IMG/VR virus record: IMGVR_UViG_3300027909_000017
Strand: one strand, 5' to 3'
Length of the DNA: 64,000 nucleotides
Origin: a virus
The notes under the pieces are model-generated. The model was not told where the DNA came from. It made no database searches and saw nothing but the letters and a program-made list of their open reading frames with translations. Within the stretch, counting starts at the first letter, position 1. Every line of letters starts with the position of its first letter. Below are positions 1-9,185 of the stretch, in pieces. The position numbers and the translations under genes were made by a program.

Positions 1-39
1 GCTCACTGCCGCGAAGCGACGATTCACCAAAGGTCGACG

Positions 40-213
40 ATGACCAAGACGATCACGCTCAGTCAGAAAGAGCTCGAGGACGTGCTCGAGAAGTGGGCAT
101 CCGCCCTCTACTTCGACGGCAGGACGGTGCGCGTAATCCTGAACGTCGTGCCGGGAGACCGACCCGGTGAACCGAAGACGGTGAGCGTCGCGATCATCGG
201 GCCAGCCGAATGA
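40..213 (+). CDS. small hypothetical protein (57 aa)
   Basis: ATG at 40; open frame to TGA 211-213, overlapping next ATG (ATGA coupling). Confidence 0.5.
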   Translation: MTKTITLSQKELEDVLEKWASALYFDGRTVRVILNVVPGDRPGEPKTVSVAIIGPAE

Positions 214-461
214 GTTCGTTCGCGACTGACTACTCCTTCGTCAAGCGCTTCGCCGAGGGCGTCGTCGGGCTCACGAGCTCGCACGGGCAGCAGATGTTCG
301 TGCGCAGCAAGCTCCGCAAACCGAAGGCGTGCGCGCTCTGCAACGTCGAGCTCAAGACGAAGGAGCAGGCGTACCGCCCGATCACCAACGGCTACAACCG
401 CATGCACCGGCTCTGCGTCGCGTGCGTGCTCGAACTGGAACAACATGTTCAACTTCTTTGA
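210..461 (+). CDS. hypothetical protein with two CxxC motifs
   Basis: CALC and CVAC; coupled start. Confidence 0.6.
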   Translation: MSSFATDYSFVKRFAEGVVGLTSSHGQQMFVRSKLRKPKACALCNVELKTKEQAYRPITNGYNRMHRLCVACVLELEQHVQLL

Positions 462-714
462 GAGTAACACGCTCAGCAAAAGACTTTGGGCGTTGACCGT
501 GCTCGAACAAGTCGAGGTCTTCGTCGAGCGCGGCAACGATCGCAAGCGAGCTATCCACTTGACCGCGGTACTCTACTTGACCGCTGAGGCAGTCGACAGC
601 TTCGCGCACGCGCTCAGCTACCTGCACCGCGATATCGGACTACACCCTTTCGCTCTCCAGAATGTCGAGGCGGAACTCGACCGCGCTCTCCACTATGCGA
701 AGCAGCACCTATGA
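445..714 (+). CDS. hypothetical protein
   Basis: Fits the tiling of + strand genes. Confidence 0.55.
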   Translation: MFNFFESNTLSKRLWALTVLEQVEVFVERGNDRKRAIHLTAVLYLTAEAVDSFAHALSYLHRDIGLHPFALQNVEAELDRALHYAKQHL

Positions 715-1397
715 GCGCCAACATCCGCCACTCCTCCGAGAACTCCGAGTTCATGACGCCGCAGTGGCTCACGGACTGGGTCCACCACGTGATGGGCGGC
801 ATCGACCTCGACCCCGCTTCATCGCTGCAAGCGAACCGCACCGTACGCGCGGAGAGGATCTTCACCAAGAATGAGAACGGGTTATTTCAGCCGTGGCATG
901 GCCGCGTGTTTCTCAATCCTCCAGGCGGTCTGGTGGACGAGTGTGGCCGTGAAGTCATTCGAAAGAGCAAGCAGCGGCTGGGCTGCACCGAGACCGGAGC
1001 GTGCGGGCTCCCGCCCGGCCACAAGCACACGGGCGTCGAGAGCTCCGCGGTCTTCTGGTGGCACAAGCTCATGTACGAGTTCACGAGCGGGCGCGTGCCG
1101 TGCGCCGTGTTCCTCGGCTTCTCCCTCGAGCTCTTGCAAGCCGCCCAGACGTTCGCCGGCAATCAGCCGCTAGACTTCCCCGGGTCGATCCCGAAGCAGC
1201 GCATCCGCTTCGAGTACGAGGACGAGAACGGCGTGCGCCACCCGGCGAAGGACCCTACGCACGGCAACATCATCGAGCTCGTAACCGGCAAGTGGGGAGA
1301 GCCCGCGCCATCGCACGACAGTCGCCTGCTCGTCGTCGAGCGCTTCAAGCAGACGTTCGAGCAGATCGGCTACGTGCACGTGCCGAGGGGGTACTGA
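711..1397 (+). CDS. phage DNA N6-adenine methyltransferase-like (Dam-type)
   Basis: TPQWL, GIDLDPAS (SAM binding) and WHGRVFLNPPGG (motif IV variant). Confidence 0.75.
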   Translation: MSANIRHSSENSEFMTPQWLTDWVHHVMGGIDLDPASSLQANRTVRAERIFTKNENGLFQPWHGRVFLNPPGGLVDECGREVIRKSKQRLGCTETGACGLPPGHKHTGVESSAVFWWHKLMYEFTSGRVPCAVFLGFSLELLQAAQTFAGNQPLDFPGSIPKQRIRFEYEDENGVRHPAKDPTHGNIIELVTGKWGEPAPSHDSRLLVVERFKQTFEQIGYVHVPRGY

Positions 1398-1894
1398 TGT
1401 TCGTCGGTTCGATCGTGGCGAGCGTGATCGGCGCCGTTGTCGGCTGGGGAATCTTTCGCTGGGGCTACCGCACCGGTCTGAAGTGCGCCGAGTCCATCCT
1501 CAAGCGCCGGCTCGCGGAGCTCGACGAGCGCAACAAGCTCTGCGACGAGCAAGAGAAGCTCATCGAAGAAGTCCAGAGAAAACTTGGGAAGATTACGGGA
1601 ACGAGTTCGGAAGATCCCTACCGAGCCAAGCTCGCGGTCGTGCAGGAAGAACCGGCGAAGGTCTACTGCAAGGACTGCAAGTTCTTGTCGTTCGAATTCC
1701 CAGGGATCGAGCAGGGGCCGTTTTGCCTGCACGGACCGTGGACGGAGGACCCGGTACGCGGCAAGCACCGGAAGCCTCGCGACACCACGGCGAACGAGAA
1801 CTACGACTGCCCCGACTTCACGCTCAAAAAACCGAAGCGACCGCCGGCGACACCGCCCGGACCGTTGCCGCCGCCGAGAAAGGTTCTCGAATGA
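1397..1894 (+). CDS. membrane-anchored hypothetical protein
   Basis: N-terminal hydrophobic helix, coiled coil, CKDC; ATG overlaps previous TGA. Confidence 0.6.
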   Translation: MFVGSIVASVIGAVVGWGIFRWGYRTGLKCAESILKRRLAELDERNKLCDEQEKLIEEVQRKLGKITGTSSEDPYRAKLAVVQEEPAKVYCKDCKFLSFEFPGIEQGPFCLHGPWTEDPVRGKHRKPRDTTANENYDCPDFTLKKPKRPPATPPGPLPPPRKVLE

Positions 1895-2193
1895 AGATGT
1901 GGAAGGGTAGCGACACCGTCGTCGTGATGATGGTGTTCGGGTTGCTCATGTGCGTCGGCGTGATCAACCACGCGCTCACGCGCATCGAGGTTCCGATGCG
2001 CACGGGGATCGGCGCGTTCGCACCCGTCCCCGAGTGCGGCTGGTTCCCGGTGCTCGTCTGCACGGAGATGTCCGACGGCGAGCGCGAGTGCCACTGGGAC
2101 AAGACGTGGCGCTGCGGCTACGCGCTGTCGTGGCCCAAGACGATAGTCCGGCGACCGTTCGCCGAGGAAGTGATCAAGGAAAGGTACCCATGA
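1891..2193 (+). CDS. hypothetical membrane protein
   Basis: N-terminal TM, Cys/Trp-rich tail; coupled start. Confidence 0.55.
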   Translation: MKMWKGSDTVVVMMVFGLLMCVGVINHALTRIEVPMRTGIGAFAPVPECGWFPVLVCTEMSDGERECHWDKTWRCGYALSWPKTIVRRPFAEEVIKERYP

Positions 2194-2813
2194 ACTGGCG
2201 AGAGATAATGTCGTTCGACGCTGACACGAAAACGCTCTTCAAAGTGTTCTTCGCTGCTGTGAAGCAGCAGGCTCTGCGAAACATCGCGAAGGGTCAGCGC
2301 ATCCGCGTCGTGTTGCAGATCATGGCCGCGCTCGCGGTGCTCGCATGCGGCGGCGAGTCGTTCGAGCCAACGTTGTTCGGAACTGGAGGAGTCGATGCCG
2401 GAGAAGATTCAGGAAACACTGGTGGAGTTGCTGGAGCTGGTGGAGCCGCTGGTAGTGGCGGCGCTGCTGGTTCCGCTGGAGCTGCTGGTTCAGTGGCTAC
2501 AGGCGGCGTCGCGGGCGCTGGAGGAACTGGGGTGGTCTGCACTCACATCGAGGTCGTGAGCGCGACCTACGCGAACAACTGCGGCAAGCCCGTGCAGCTC
2601 AACAACGTCGACGAGAACTGCGACGGCAAGGCGAGCTGCGCCTACGACTTCGTCTACTTCGTCGACCCCGGCTTCGACCCGGCACCCGGCTGCCCGAAGG
2701 ACCTGAACGTGATCTACGAGTGCGTGGACGGTATGGCGGTCTCGCACGGGAGCAAGAGCGCTTACGTCCCGCCGGAGGCGCTGCACGTCGAGCTCGAGTG
2801 CGGGTGCTACTGA
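2190..2813 (+). CDS. lipoprotein-like protein with Gly/Ala linker and SUEL/rhamnose-binding lectin-like domain
   Basis: LAVLA-C lipobox-like; GTGG/AGAGG low complexity; IEVVSATYANNC...CDGKASC...DPAPGCPKDLNVIYEC. Confidence 0.65.
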   Translation: MNWREIMSFDADTKTLFKVFFAAVKQQALRNIAKGQRIRVVLQIMAALAVLACGGESFEPTLFGTGGVDAGEDSGNTGGVAGAGGAAGSGGAAGSAGAAGSVATGGVAGAGGTGVVCTHIEVVSATYANNCGKPVQLNNVDENCDGKASCAYDFVYFVDPGFDPAPGCPKDLNVIYECVDGMAVSHGSKSAYVPPEALHVELECGCY

Positions 2814-3010
2814 TGCCGTCGCCGATGACCTTCACGATGGTGGTCGAGCACCCCTTCAGGATCAAAGTTGGAAACGCCTTCGCCGAGAACGTGCTCCAAG
2901 GAGAGATCGTCGAGGTCACGTTCCGGAGCGATGCTAGCGTCGAGGAGATGCAAGCCGTTCTCGAGTTCTGGCTCGAGGGCCTGAAAAACTGGAAGGAGTC
3001 ACGGAGATGA
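2813..3010 (+). CDS. hypothetical protein
   Basis: Coupled ATG at 2813. Confidence 0.5.
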   Translation: MPSPMTFTMVVEHPFRIKVGNAFAENVLQGEIVEVTFRSDASVEEMQAVLEFWLEGLKNWKESRR

Positions 3011-3504
3011 AGAAGCTCGGGAAGGGCACCTACTGCTGCGAGATGCGCCGCTTCCGCCACCGGAGCGTGCAGTTCAACCCGACGGGGCCCGTGTACGCGG
3101 TCGGCGACCCGCAGCGGCTCCAGCACAACCTCGTCGAGGAGCAGGAGGTCATCCCGCTGACGGCGCGCCTGTTCGTCGGGCTCAGCGTCGGGCAGAAGGG
3201 CACGTACACCGTCGACGACGTCGTGCGCATCACGAAGCGCGTGAGGCAGAGACAAGGCCAGTCACCCGACGCCTCGTTCTTGCTCCAGCGCGGGATCTAC
3301 ACCGACCAGAAGAGCGAGATCGTCGAGGAGGACTCCGTGCAGGTCGTCATCTTCGCCTTCGACGCCGCGGGCAAGAGGGAGTTCCAGCGCGAGATGGTCG
3401 AGCTCGCCGAAGCTCTGATCAAGGAGCTCCAGCAAGAGACGATCTACGTCGAGCTCCAAGAGGGCGGCGTGCCGTACCGCGTGCTGAAAGTTACGAGGGA
3501 CTGA
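3007..3504 (+). CDS. PII-like-fold protein, possibly SAM lyase-like
   Basis: ARLFVGL...RGIY...VEEDSVQV...LAEAL..ELQQETIYV resembles the G-x-Y/EE/Q-D/E pattern of T3-type SAMases and DUF3574. Confidence 0.35.
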   Translation: MKKLGKGTYCCEMRRFRHRSVQFNPTGPVYAVGDPQRLQHNLVEEQEVIPLTARLFVGLSVGQKGTYTVDDVVRITKRVRQRQGQSPDASFLLQRGIYTDQKSEIVEEDSVQVVIFAFDAAGKREFQREMVELAEALIKELQQETIYVELQEGGVPYRVLKVTRD

Positions 3505-3794
3505 TGGAAAAGAAGGACAGTGGATCCGAGCAGCTCGTGCTGCTGGTCCTGGTAATCACGGTGATCGCGCTCGAGACGTTCTGCATCGCGAAGATCTGGA
3601 ACTGGCACGCGAGCGCGATCTGGCCGGCCGCGCCGAAGCTGACGTGGGCGAGCTCGGTCGGGTTGTATGCGCTGCTGACGATCTTCAAACGCTCGGACTT
3701 CTCCGAAGAGCCAACCAAGACCACGATCAACCACGTGTGCATCCGCACGCTCATCGTGATCATCATGCTCGGCGTCGCGTACGCGGTGCACTGA
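3504..3794 (+). CDS. small multi-TM protein
   Basis: Three hydrophobic segments. Confidence 0.6.
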   Translation: MEKKDSGSEQLVLLVLVITVIALETFCIAKIWNWHASAIWPAAPKLTWASSVGLYALLTIFKRSDFSEEPTKTTINHVCIRTLIVIIMLGVAYAVH

Positions 3795-4153
3795 TGCGCG
3801 CGCCCGGCTACTCGTTCGTGCTCGACGACGAGAAGCAGCCCTACGAAGTTGTCTACCCGGTGACGAGGCCGTTCGCGACGTACCGCAAGGTCTCGCGCGA
3901 CCGATTCTTCCGATCGTCGGCGAAGATGCGTTTCCGCGGCATGCTGATGAACGAGGCCATGGTCCACGTCGGTGACGGTGAGTACGCGCTCTCGCACGCA
4001 TGCGTGTCGGCGTGCCACTGCCCGCGCTGCGGCGCCGACGTCGGTGAGCTCTGCCGCGGCACCTACGGGCCAATCAAGTACACGCACGGCGATCGCCGCT
4101 TACTGTGGCGCAAGTACAACGACGGGCGCGCGACGCGCCGGAGGAAAGCATGA
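3794..4153 (+). CDS. hypothetical protein with CxxC zinc-binding motif
   Basis: CHCPRCGA...LC; coupled start. Confidence 0.55.
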   Translation: MRAPGYSFVLDDEKQPYEVVYPVTRPFATYRKVSRDRFFRSSAKMRFRGMLMNEAMVHVGDGEYALSHACVSACHCPRCGADVGELCRGTYGPIKYTHGDRRLLWRKYNDGRATRRRKA

Positions 4154-4386
4154 GCGAAGAAACAGAAAGCGAAGAGCTGCCGGGCGTCGAAGCCACGCTC
4201 AAGTGGCTCAACGAGCACGGCATCAAACCCTACCGATTCGCGCTCGACAACGGCATCGACCCGAGGAGCTTCTCACGCCTGCTGAAGAAGCAGACCGGGA
4301 TCTCGCTCGAGAACGCGATGAAGATCGAGCGCGGCACCAAGGGCGAGGTGAAAGCTTCCATGTTCGTCAAGGACGGTGCGGCGTGA
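4150..4386 (+). CDS. Cro/XRE-like HTH regulator
   Basis: YRFALDNGIDPRSFSRLLKKQTGISLENAMKIERGT. Confidence 0.7.
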   Translation: MSEETESEELPGVEATLKWLNEHGIKPYRFALDNGIDPRSFSRLLKKQTGISLENAMKIERGTKGEVKASMFVKDGAA

Positions 4387-4410
4387 AGAAGTACTACCAA
4401 GGAGTTAAAC

Positions 4411-5067
4411 ATGTGGATCGGTGAGAAGACTGAGTTCAAGTTCGACGTCGCGACCGACGTGGGGAGCGGCGCAGAGCAGCCGATATTGATCGAGACGGTG
4501 ACGTCGGCGTGGACGGTGTCGGGCCGGTTGCGCGCGCTCTGCGAGCAGATGGCCGTCGCGCGCGGGCACGGTACCGCGAACCACGAAGTCGAGCGCGTGC
4601 TGCGCGGGCACTACGAGGTCACGCGCCGCGAGCTCGACCGGCAGGGCGGCCACGCCGTGGCGGCATTGCTCATCGAGGACGTGACGGCCGACCAGGTCAC
4701 GGACCGGTTGCGCGTTTTCGAGCAGGAGGCGAACCACGAGTTCTGCGCCGCCGCGTACGTGCTCGACGCCGCGCTCGCGAAGTGGGGCTACTTCATGGGC
4801 AACGTCCGGTTCGAGGACAAGAGCCGACCCGGGGTCACCGTCACCCACACCATCCCCGAGACCGCCGAGGAGCTCGCAGCGTGCCTCGAGCCGTGGCTGG
4901 ACCAACTGCCCCACGACGAGGCGCGGGAAGCCTTCCGCGGCGCCGTGGCGGCCGCCAGGGCGCTGGAGGGGGCCAAGTGCCGGGAGCTCGTCGAGCTCGC
5001 CTCCGCGAGCGTGCCGCTCAAGGTCGAGGCGATCGCCGACACCGAGCCGCCCGAGCCGGCACCATGA
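4411..5067 (+). CDS. hypothetical protein
   Basis: AAGGAG RBS, 218 aa ORF. Confidence 0.7.
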   Translation: MWIGEKTEFKFDVATDVGSGAEQPILIETVTSAWTVSGRLRALCEQMAVARGHGTANHEVERVLRGHYEVTRRELDRQGGHAVAALLIEDVTADQVTDRLRVFEQEANHEFCAAAYVLDAALAKWGYFMGNVRFEDKSRPGVTVTHTIPETAEELAACLEPWLDQLPHDEAREAFRGAVAAARALEGAKCRELVELASASVPLKVEAIADTEPPEPAP

Positions 5068-5414
5068 AGTCCAAGGGACCCTACCGGACGCCCGTGAAGC
5101 CCCCTCCGGACATCGAGCTCGCGTTCTGCGACCGATGCGGCGTGGGTCTCGCGAACGTCCACATGCACCGGACGACGGGTAGGTACGGGCACCCGGAACG
5201 CGGTCCACACCGCGAATCGAGCGTCCTGCACCAGCACCCGCGCACCGGCTTCTGCGTGAAGGACAACAGCCTGGCGTGGGTCTTGGTCTCGCCCGAAGCG
5301 GCCAAGTACTTTGCGACGTTCTGCAACGTTTGCAAGTCGTTCGGCCACGTTGTCAAAGAGTGTCGATTGGCGTCCGTCGTCGTAAAGAGTCAAGAATGCA
5401 CAACTGGCGAGTGA
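5064..5414 (+). CDS. hypothetical protein, Cys-rich
   Basis: CDRC and CNVC; coupled start. Confidence 0.55.
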   Translation: MKSKGPYRTPVKPPPDIELAFCDRCGVGLANVHMHRTTGRYGHPERGPHRESSVLHQHPRTGFCVKDNSLAWVLVSPEAAKYFATFCNVCKSFGHVVKECRLASVVVKSQECTTGE

Positions 5415-5644
5415 GCTACCTGATCGCAACGGGCAATCTGACATCCAGAGCCCGAGAAGAGAGTCTCACCGTCGTCGCCCCAACCGCAGCCGACGCGCTC
5501 GAGATCGTGCGATGCAAACTGACCAGCAAGACGATGGTCAACCTCGGCCCGCTGACACCGATGTCCGGGGCGCGCTGGTCGATCGCCGACATCGAGTGGT
5601 TGTCGGAAACTGACCTCTCGAACGAGCCGAAGGAGGGAACATGA
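5396..5644 (+). CDS. hypothetical protein
   Basis: ATG 5396 in frame with listed ORF. Confidence 0.5.
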   Translation: MHNWRVSYLIATGNLTSRAREESLTVVAPTAADALEIVRCKLTSKTMVNLGPLTPMSGARWSIADIEWLSETDLSNEPKEGT

Positions 5645-5853
5645 AGCTCTACGCGTTCTTCGCCGTCGTCGCGGTCGCTTGTGCGTCCAACGCGCCCGAG
5701 CCGGCGTGCCCCAAGTGCTACGAGATCGACGAGGTCGCGCCCTACGAGCCGCCGCGCCGGATGATCATCCTCTGCGACGAGCCCGACGCGAGCGCGCCTG
5801 AACCGGAGTACCCGCCGCCCGACAGCGGCGACCCATTCTCGAGAGTGTTCTGA
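5641..5853 (+). CDS. small lipoprotein-like protein
   Basis: MKLYAFFAVVAVA-C lipobox-like. Confidence 0.55.
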   Translation: MKLYAFFAVVAVACASNAPEPACPKCYEIDEVAPYEPPRRMIILCDEPDASAPEPEYPPPDSGDPFSRVF

Positions 5854-5854
5854 C

Positions 5855-6034
5855 ATGGACTTTATAGTCGAGGTCGGCTCCTACGTGATCCGGGAGTCGC
5901 AGGACAAACACGCCGACCGGTACATGATCCGCTTGGTCGGCGCGTACAAGAGTCGCGACGAGTTCGTGAGCTCGCACGAGACGATCGAAGAAGCGCTGCG
6001 AGCGCTCGCCGACGAGCTCGAGAACCAGGAGTAA
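5855..6034 (+). CDS. small hypothetical protein
   Basis: ATG 5855 to TAA 6032-6034, fills the gap between neighbours. Confidence 0.5.
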   Translation: MDFIVEVGSYVIRESQDKHADRYMIRLVGAYKSRDEFVSSHETIEEALRALADELENQE

Positions 6035-6037
6035 AAC

Positions 6038-6379
6038 ATGAAGTGGATACCGGTCGACGAGACTCTGCCCGAGTCGAACGTCATCGTGCAGTCGCGCGTG
6101 CAGGGACCGTACGACGAGAAGCCGCGAACGAGGCTCGGCTACCGAGCGTTCCCCAGGATCAGCTCAGCTCGCGTTCCGATCAGCGAGGTCCCTCACGTCT
6201 GGTACAGCCTGCTCGACGTCGACCACAAGGGTCGGCACGACGAGCTGCTTCACGTCACGCACTGGGCGCCGTTGCTCGACCCGGAACTGAGCACCGACCC
6301 GTGCAAGTGCGCCGAGATCCAGCAGCATGATCGACGCCGACACTTCCAAGGCTGCCCGCTCAGAAAGCCGATCGACTGA
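6038..6379 (+). CDS. DUF551-like phage protein
   Basis: MKWIPVDETLPE...VTHWAPL. Confidence 0.65.
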   Translation: MKWIPVDETLPESNVIVQSRVQGPYDEKPRTRLGYRAFPRISSARVPISEVPHVWYSLLDVDHKGRHDELLHVTHWAPLLDPELSTDPCKCAEIQQHDRRRHFQGCPLRKPID

Positions 6380-6389
6380 AAGGTCCACC

Positions 6390-6635
6390 ATGAAGATCTC
6401 GATAGACATCGAAGTCGATCACATCGTGAGTCGCGAGACGCGAAAGGTCTCGTACATCGCCAAGCACGGGGAGGGGACGATCACCGGCAGGAGTCGAATA
6501 GCGGGGCCGGCGCAGCGCAAGACCTACCTCGTCGTTGGCTACGGTGAGTCGATCAGCGAGGCGCTCGCGGACATGTTCCAAAAGCTCGCAGAAGTGACGC
6601 GCACCGGGTCACTGCCACCAGCGAGGACGGCATGA
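6390..6635 (+). CDS. hypothetical protein
   Basis: ATG 6390 after GAAAGG. Confidence 0.5.
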   Translation: MKISIDIEVDHIVSRETRKVSYIAKHGEGTITGRSRIAGPAQRKTYLVVGYGESISEALADMFQKLAEVTRTGSLPPARTA

Positions 6636-6937
6636 GAGTCCTGATCCATCGCTCCCATGAGCGCGGCGACGCGCTGCGCGACTACATAATCGCTCGCGTG
6701 TTCATCGCCGATCGCGTGTTCGTGGACGCTGAGATGAACCCGTTCACCGAGGAGGCGGGCTCGAGTTTCGACAACGCGGCGCTCTACCTACTAGACGACG
6801 AAGCCGACGAGGACGAGCGCGAGGACTCGCACCGCGTCACGTTCGTCGGCGACCTCAACCAACCCTGCAACGACCTGTCCGGCGCCTTCGACTTCGTGCG
6901 CTGGTGGTACCTGCATCCGGAAGCGACGCACCCATGA
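6632..6937 (+). CDS. hypothetical acidic protein
   Basis: Coupled start and stop. Confidence 0.6.
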   Translation: MRVLIHRSHERGDALRDYIIARVFIADRVFVDAEMNPFTEEAGSSFDNAALYLLDDEADEDEREDSHRVTFVGDLNQPCNDLSGAFDFVRWWYLHPEATHP

Positions 6938-7401
6938 AACCCCTACTCGACTGGTTCGCGACGCACGTGCTGCGACGGCGCACGCTCTTCGTGCAACTGA
7001 TCACGAACGTCTGTTATAACTTCCCAGCCGGTCCCACATCGCGCTTCGTCGTGCTGCTAGTCTGCGTCACCTGGCCGTGGCGCCGCCGAGTGAGAGCGAC
7101 GTGGAAGACGGAAGAGCACCACCAACTCTTCGCCGTCACCTGCAAGGCACTGCGCGGAGCGTTCGACGTGCAGCTCCAGACCGAGTGGCCAACAGAATAT
7201 GCCCGCCACTACGAGCCGGGCTCCGGTACTGAGCTGTTCAAGCTGGTGCACCCGCGACACTTCCTTCCCGGCGAGACCATCGTCGTCGACGTGTTTCGCT
7301 CGAAGCACGTGCCGCCGATGCCGACGTGGGACTTCTACAAAAAGGTCAACGAGCGAGAGCAGGTGCTCATGAAAAAAGTTTTCCCGAAGTGGCCGTCATG
7401 A
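6934..7401 (+). CDS. hypothetical protein
   Basis: Coupled start and stop. Confidence 0.6.
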   Translation: MKPLLDWFATHVLRRRTLFVQLITNVCYNFPAGPTSRFVVLLVCVTWPWRRRVRATWKTEEHHQLFAVTCKALRGAFDVQLQTEWPTEYARHYEPGSGTELFKLVHPRHFLPGETIVVDVFRSKHVPPMPTWDFYKKVNEREQVLMKKVFPKWPS

Positions 7402-7844
7402 AACCCCTTCTCGTCGGCGAGGCGAACCCGTACCAGACCGACCCGCGGCTCGCGCAGCGTTACGCGCTCTATCCCGATCCGCCAAACTGCGCGGGCTGGC
7501 GACTCTGCCACACGATCATGCAGCTCGAGGAGGATGAGTACCTGCGCCGCTTCGACCGCGTGAACCTGTGCGACGGGAAGTGGGGGATAAAGGAGGCGCG
7601 AGCAAGAGCCGAAGAGCTGTCCAAGTCGCACGACGTGATCGTGTTCCTGGGCGCGAAGGTCTCCAAAGCGTTCGACTGCAAGTTCGAGCCGTTCTGGGTG
7701 TCTCAACGCTTCACGATCAACGGCGTGCTCAGCCCGCAGCGTCGCGTGATGCTCCCCCACCCGTCCGGGCTATCGCGCGCGTGGAACGAGCCGGGCGCCT
7801 ACGAGCGGGCGCGGGTGGCGCTGAGAGAGGCGGGGTTGCTGTGA
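7398..7844 (+). CDS. uracil-DNA glycosylase superfamily protein
   Basis: LLVGEAN (motif A), VIVFLGAKV, LPHPSGLSRAWN (motif B). Confidence 0.6.
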   Translation: MKPLLVGEANPYQTDPRLAQRYALYPDPPNCAGWRLCHTIMQLEEDEYLRRFDRVNLCDGKWGIKEARARAEELSKSHDVIVFLGAKVSKAFDCKFEPFWVSQRFTINGVLSPQRRVMLPHPSGLSRAWNEPGAYERARVALREAGLL

Positions 7845-8071
7845 TCGGCCTCAACATCGACTTCCGAAGCCTCGAGCTGCGCATCGCCAAGTCGATGATG
7901 TCGAGGGTCAAGGACCTTGCTCGATCGATCGGTTGGACCGTCGTCGAGACAGAGACGTGGGTCACCGAGCAGTCGTTCGACGACTGGATGCAGCGTGAGG
8001 AGCGCCGGCTACGCGGCGAGCCTGAACCCGAAGAACGTTGGGTGAAGGCGTCGAAGCTGGTTTGGCCGTGA
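7841..8071 (+). CDS. hypothetical protein
   Basis: GTG coupled to previous TGA. Confidence 0.5.
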   Translation: MIGLNIDFRSLELRIAKSMMSRVKDLARSIGWTVVETETWVTEQSFDDWMQREERRLRGEPEPEERWVKASKLVWP

Positions 8072-8198
8072 AAGTTCGAGCCCGACGCTGCCGCGGCTGC
8101 GGCGGCTTGCACCCGCACACGTGCGTCGCGGTTCCGAAAGAGCTCGCGGGCTACTGGCACCTGCCCTGCTTGCGCAAGGCGAGAAGAAAGGCACGAGC

Positions 8199-8699
8199 AT
8201 GACCAAGTACACGAAGCTCGACGCTGACCGCGCTGTCGCGGCGCGTGAGCAGTTCCTTCGCGACTTTCCTCACATCCGACGCGGCATAGCTCGAGACCGC
8301 GTCCTGGCCGGGCACGGCTACGCGAACTTGGAGGTCTTCGACTCCGGCGCGATGAAGGACCTGGAGATCGCGACGCACATCGTGGCGCGGCTCCCGGGCA
8401 AGGACCGGCTCGGTCGGTACGTGCGCTGCCACGAGCTCGCGCGCGTCGTCTCGCTGCACCTGCCGAAGACGTGGCACGTGCTCGACGGCCAGGTCGGCCC
8501 GGTGCAGCACTCCTGGCTCCAGGACCCGATGACCTTCACCGTGCTCGACGTCTACGTGCCGACGCGCCTGCCGCAGGTGCAGCTCGTCGACGTGGGGATT
8601 CACTTCCAGCGCGACCTATACATCGAGTCCGAGAAGCGCCGCGATATTCGGTGGGCGGTGGTTCGGTGGCTCGAGTTAAAACTCCAACAGGGCCAATAG
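8199..8699 (+). CDS. hypothetical protein
   Basis: ATG 8199 after AGAAAGG; last gene before the non-coding interval. Confidence 0.65.
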   Translation: MTKYTKLDADRAVAAREQFLRDFPHIRRGIARDRVLAGHGYANLEVFDSGAMKDLEIATHIVARLPGKDRLGRYVRCHELARVVSLHLPKTWHVLDGQVGPVQHSWLQDPMTFTVLDVYVPTRLPQVQLVDVGIHFQRDLYIESEKRRDIRWAVVRWLELKLQQGQ

Positions 8700-8724
8700 T
8701 TGGTGTCTGGATCCGCAACAGGTA

Positions 8725-8784
8725 ATTAATTATCGAAAAATAATTCGAGCCACGTTTCCTGGATTAATTACCGAAAAATAATTC
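8725..8784. repeat. two 22-nt direct repeats ATTAATTA(T/C)CGAAAAATAATTC
   Basis: Copies at 8725-8746 and 8763-8784, one mismatch; each has AATTA-N8-TAATT dyad. Confidence 0.9.
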
Positions 8785-8800
8785 TGTCGACCAACACGGC

Positions 8801-8830
8801 AACACCCCGCAACAGGTAGGGGTGTTTTTC
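8801..8830 (+). terminator. hairpin with T tract
   Basis: AACACCCC-N10-GGGGTGTT then TTTC; CCGCAACAGGTA (8807-8818) also at 8713-8724. Confidence 0.5.
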
Positions 8831-9155
8831 ACTTTCTGTCGTGGTTCTATGTACTTACGTACCATACAATAGAACAACACCTAGATCTAAGCTTCACGAG
8901 AGGGAACATGAATGATGTTAAAACGAACATAGGTGTATGGTCAAAAACGCACAGATCTTTTTATAGGGGGTGGAGTCGCGTGCGCGCCCGCGCGCGCGTA
9001 TAGGCTTTCGATCGATCGATAATTGGCCCGCGGGCCTGGAGGCGCGACTCGGCGCGTCATCAGAAAACGATCACCGCGGACTTGACGCGCGGCCAGTAGA
9101 TCTGGCAAAAGCGAAGGTCCGCCCCGATGAACGTCTAGAATTCCCCAGCAAGAAA

Positions 9156-9185
9156 AAGCCCCAGGGCCGGGCGACCCTGGGGCTT
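9156..9185 (-). terminator. perfect 11-bp hairpin, minus-strand terminator-like
   Basis: AAGCCCCAGGG-N8-CCCTGGGGCTT preceded by an A tract on +. Confidence 0.5.

Noticed and set aside
8725-8784. CRISPR array
   Set aside because: Only two repeats with a 16-nt gap; no cas operon
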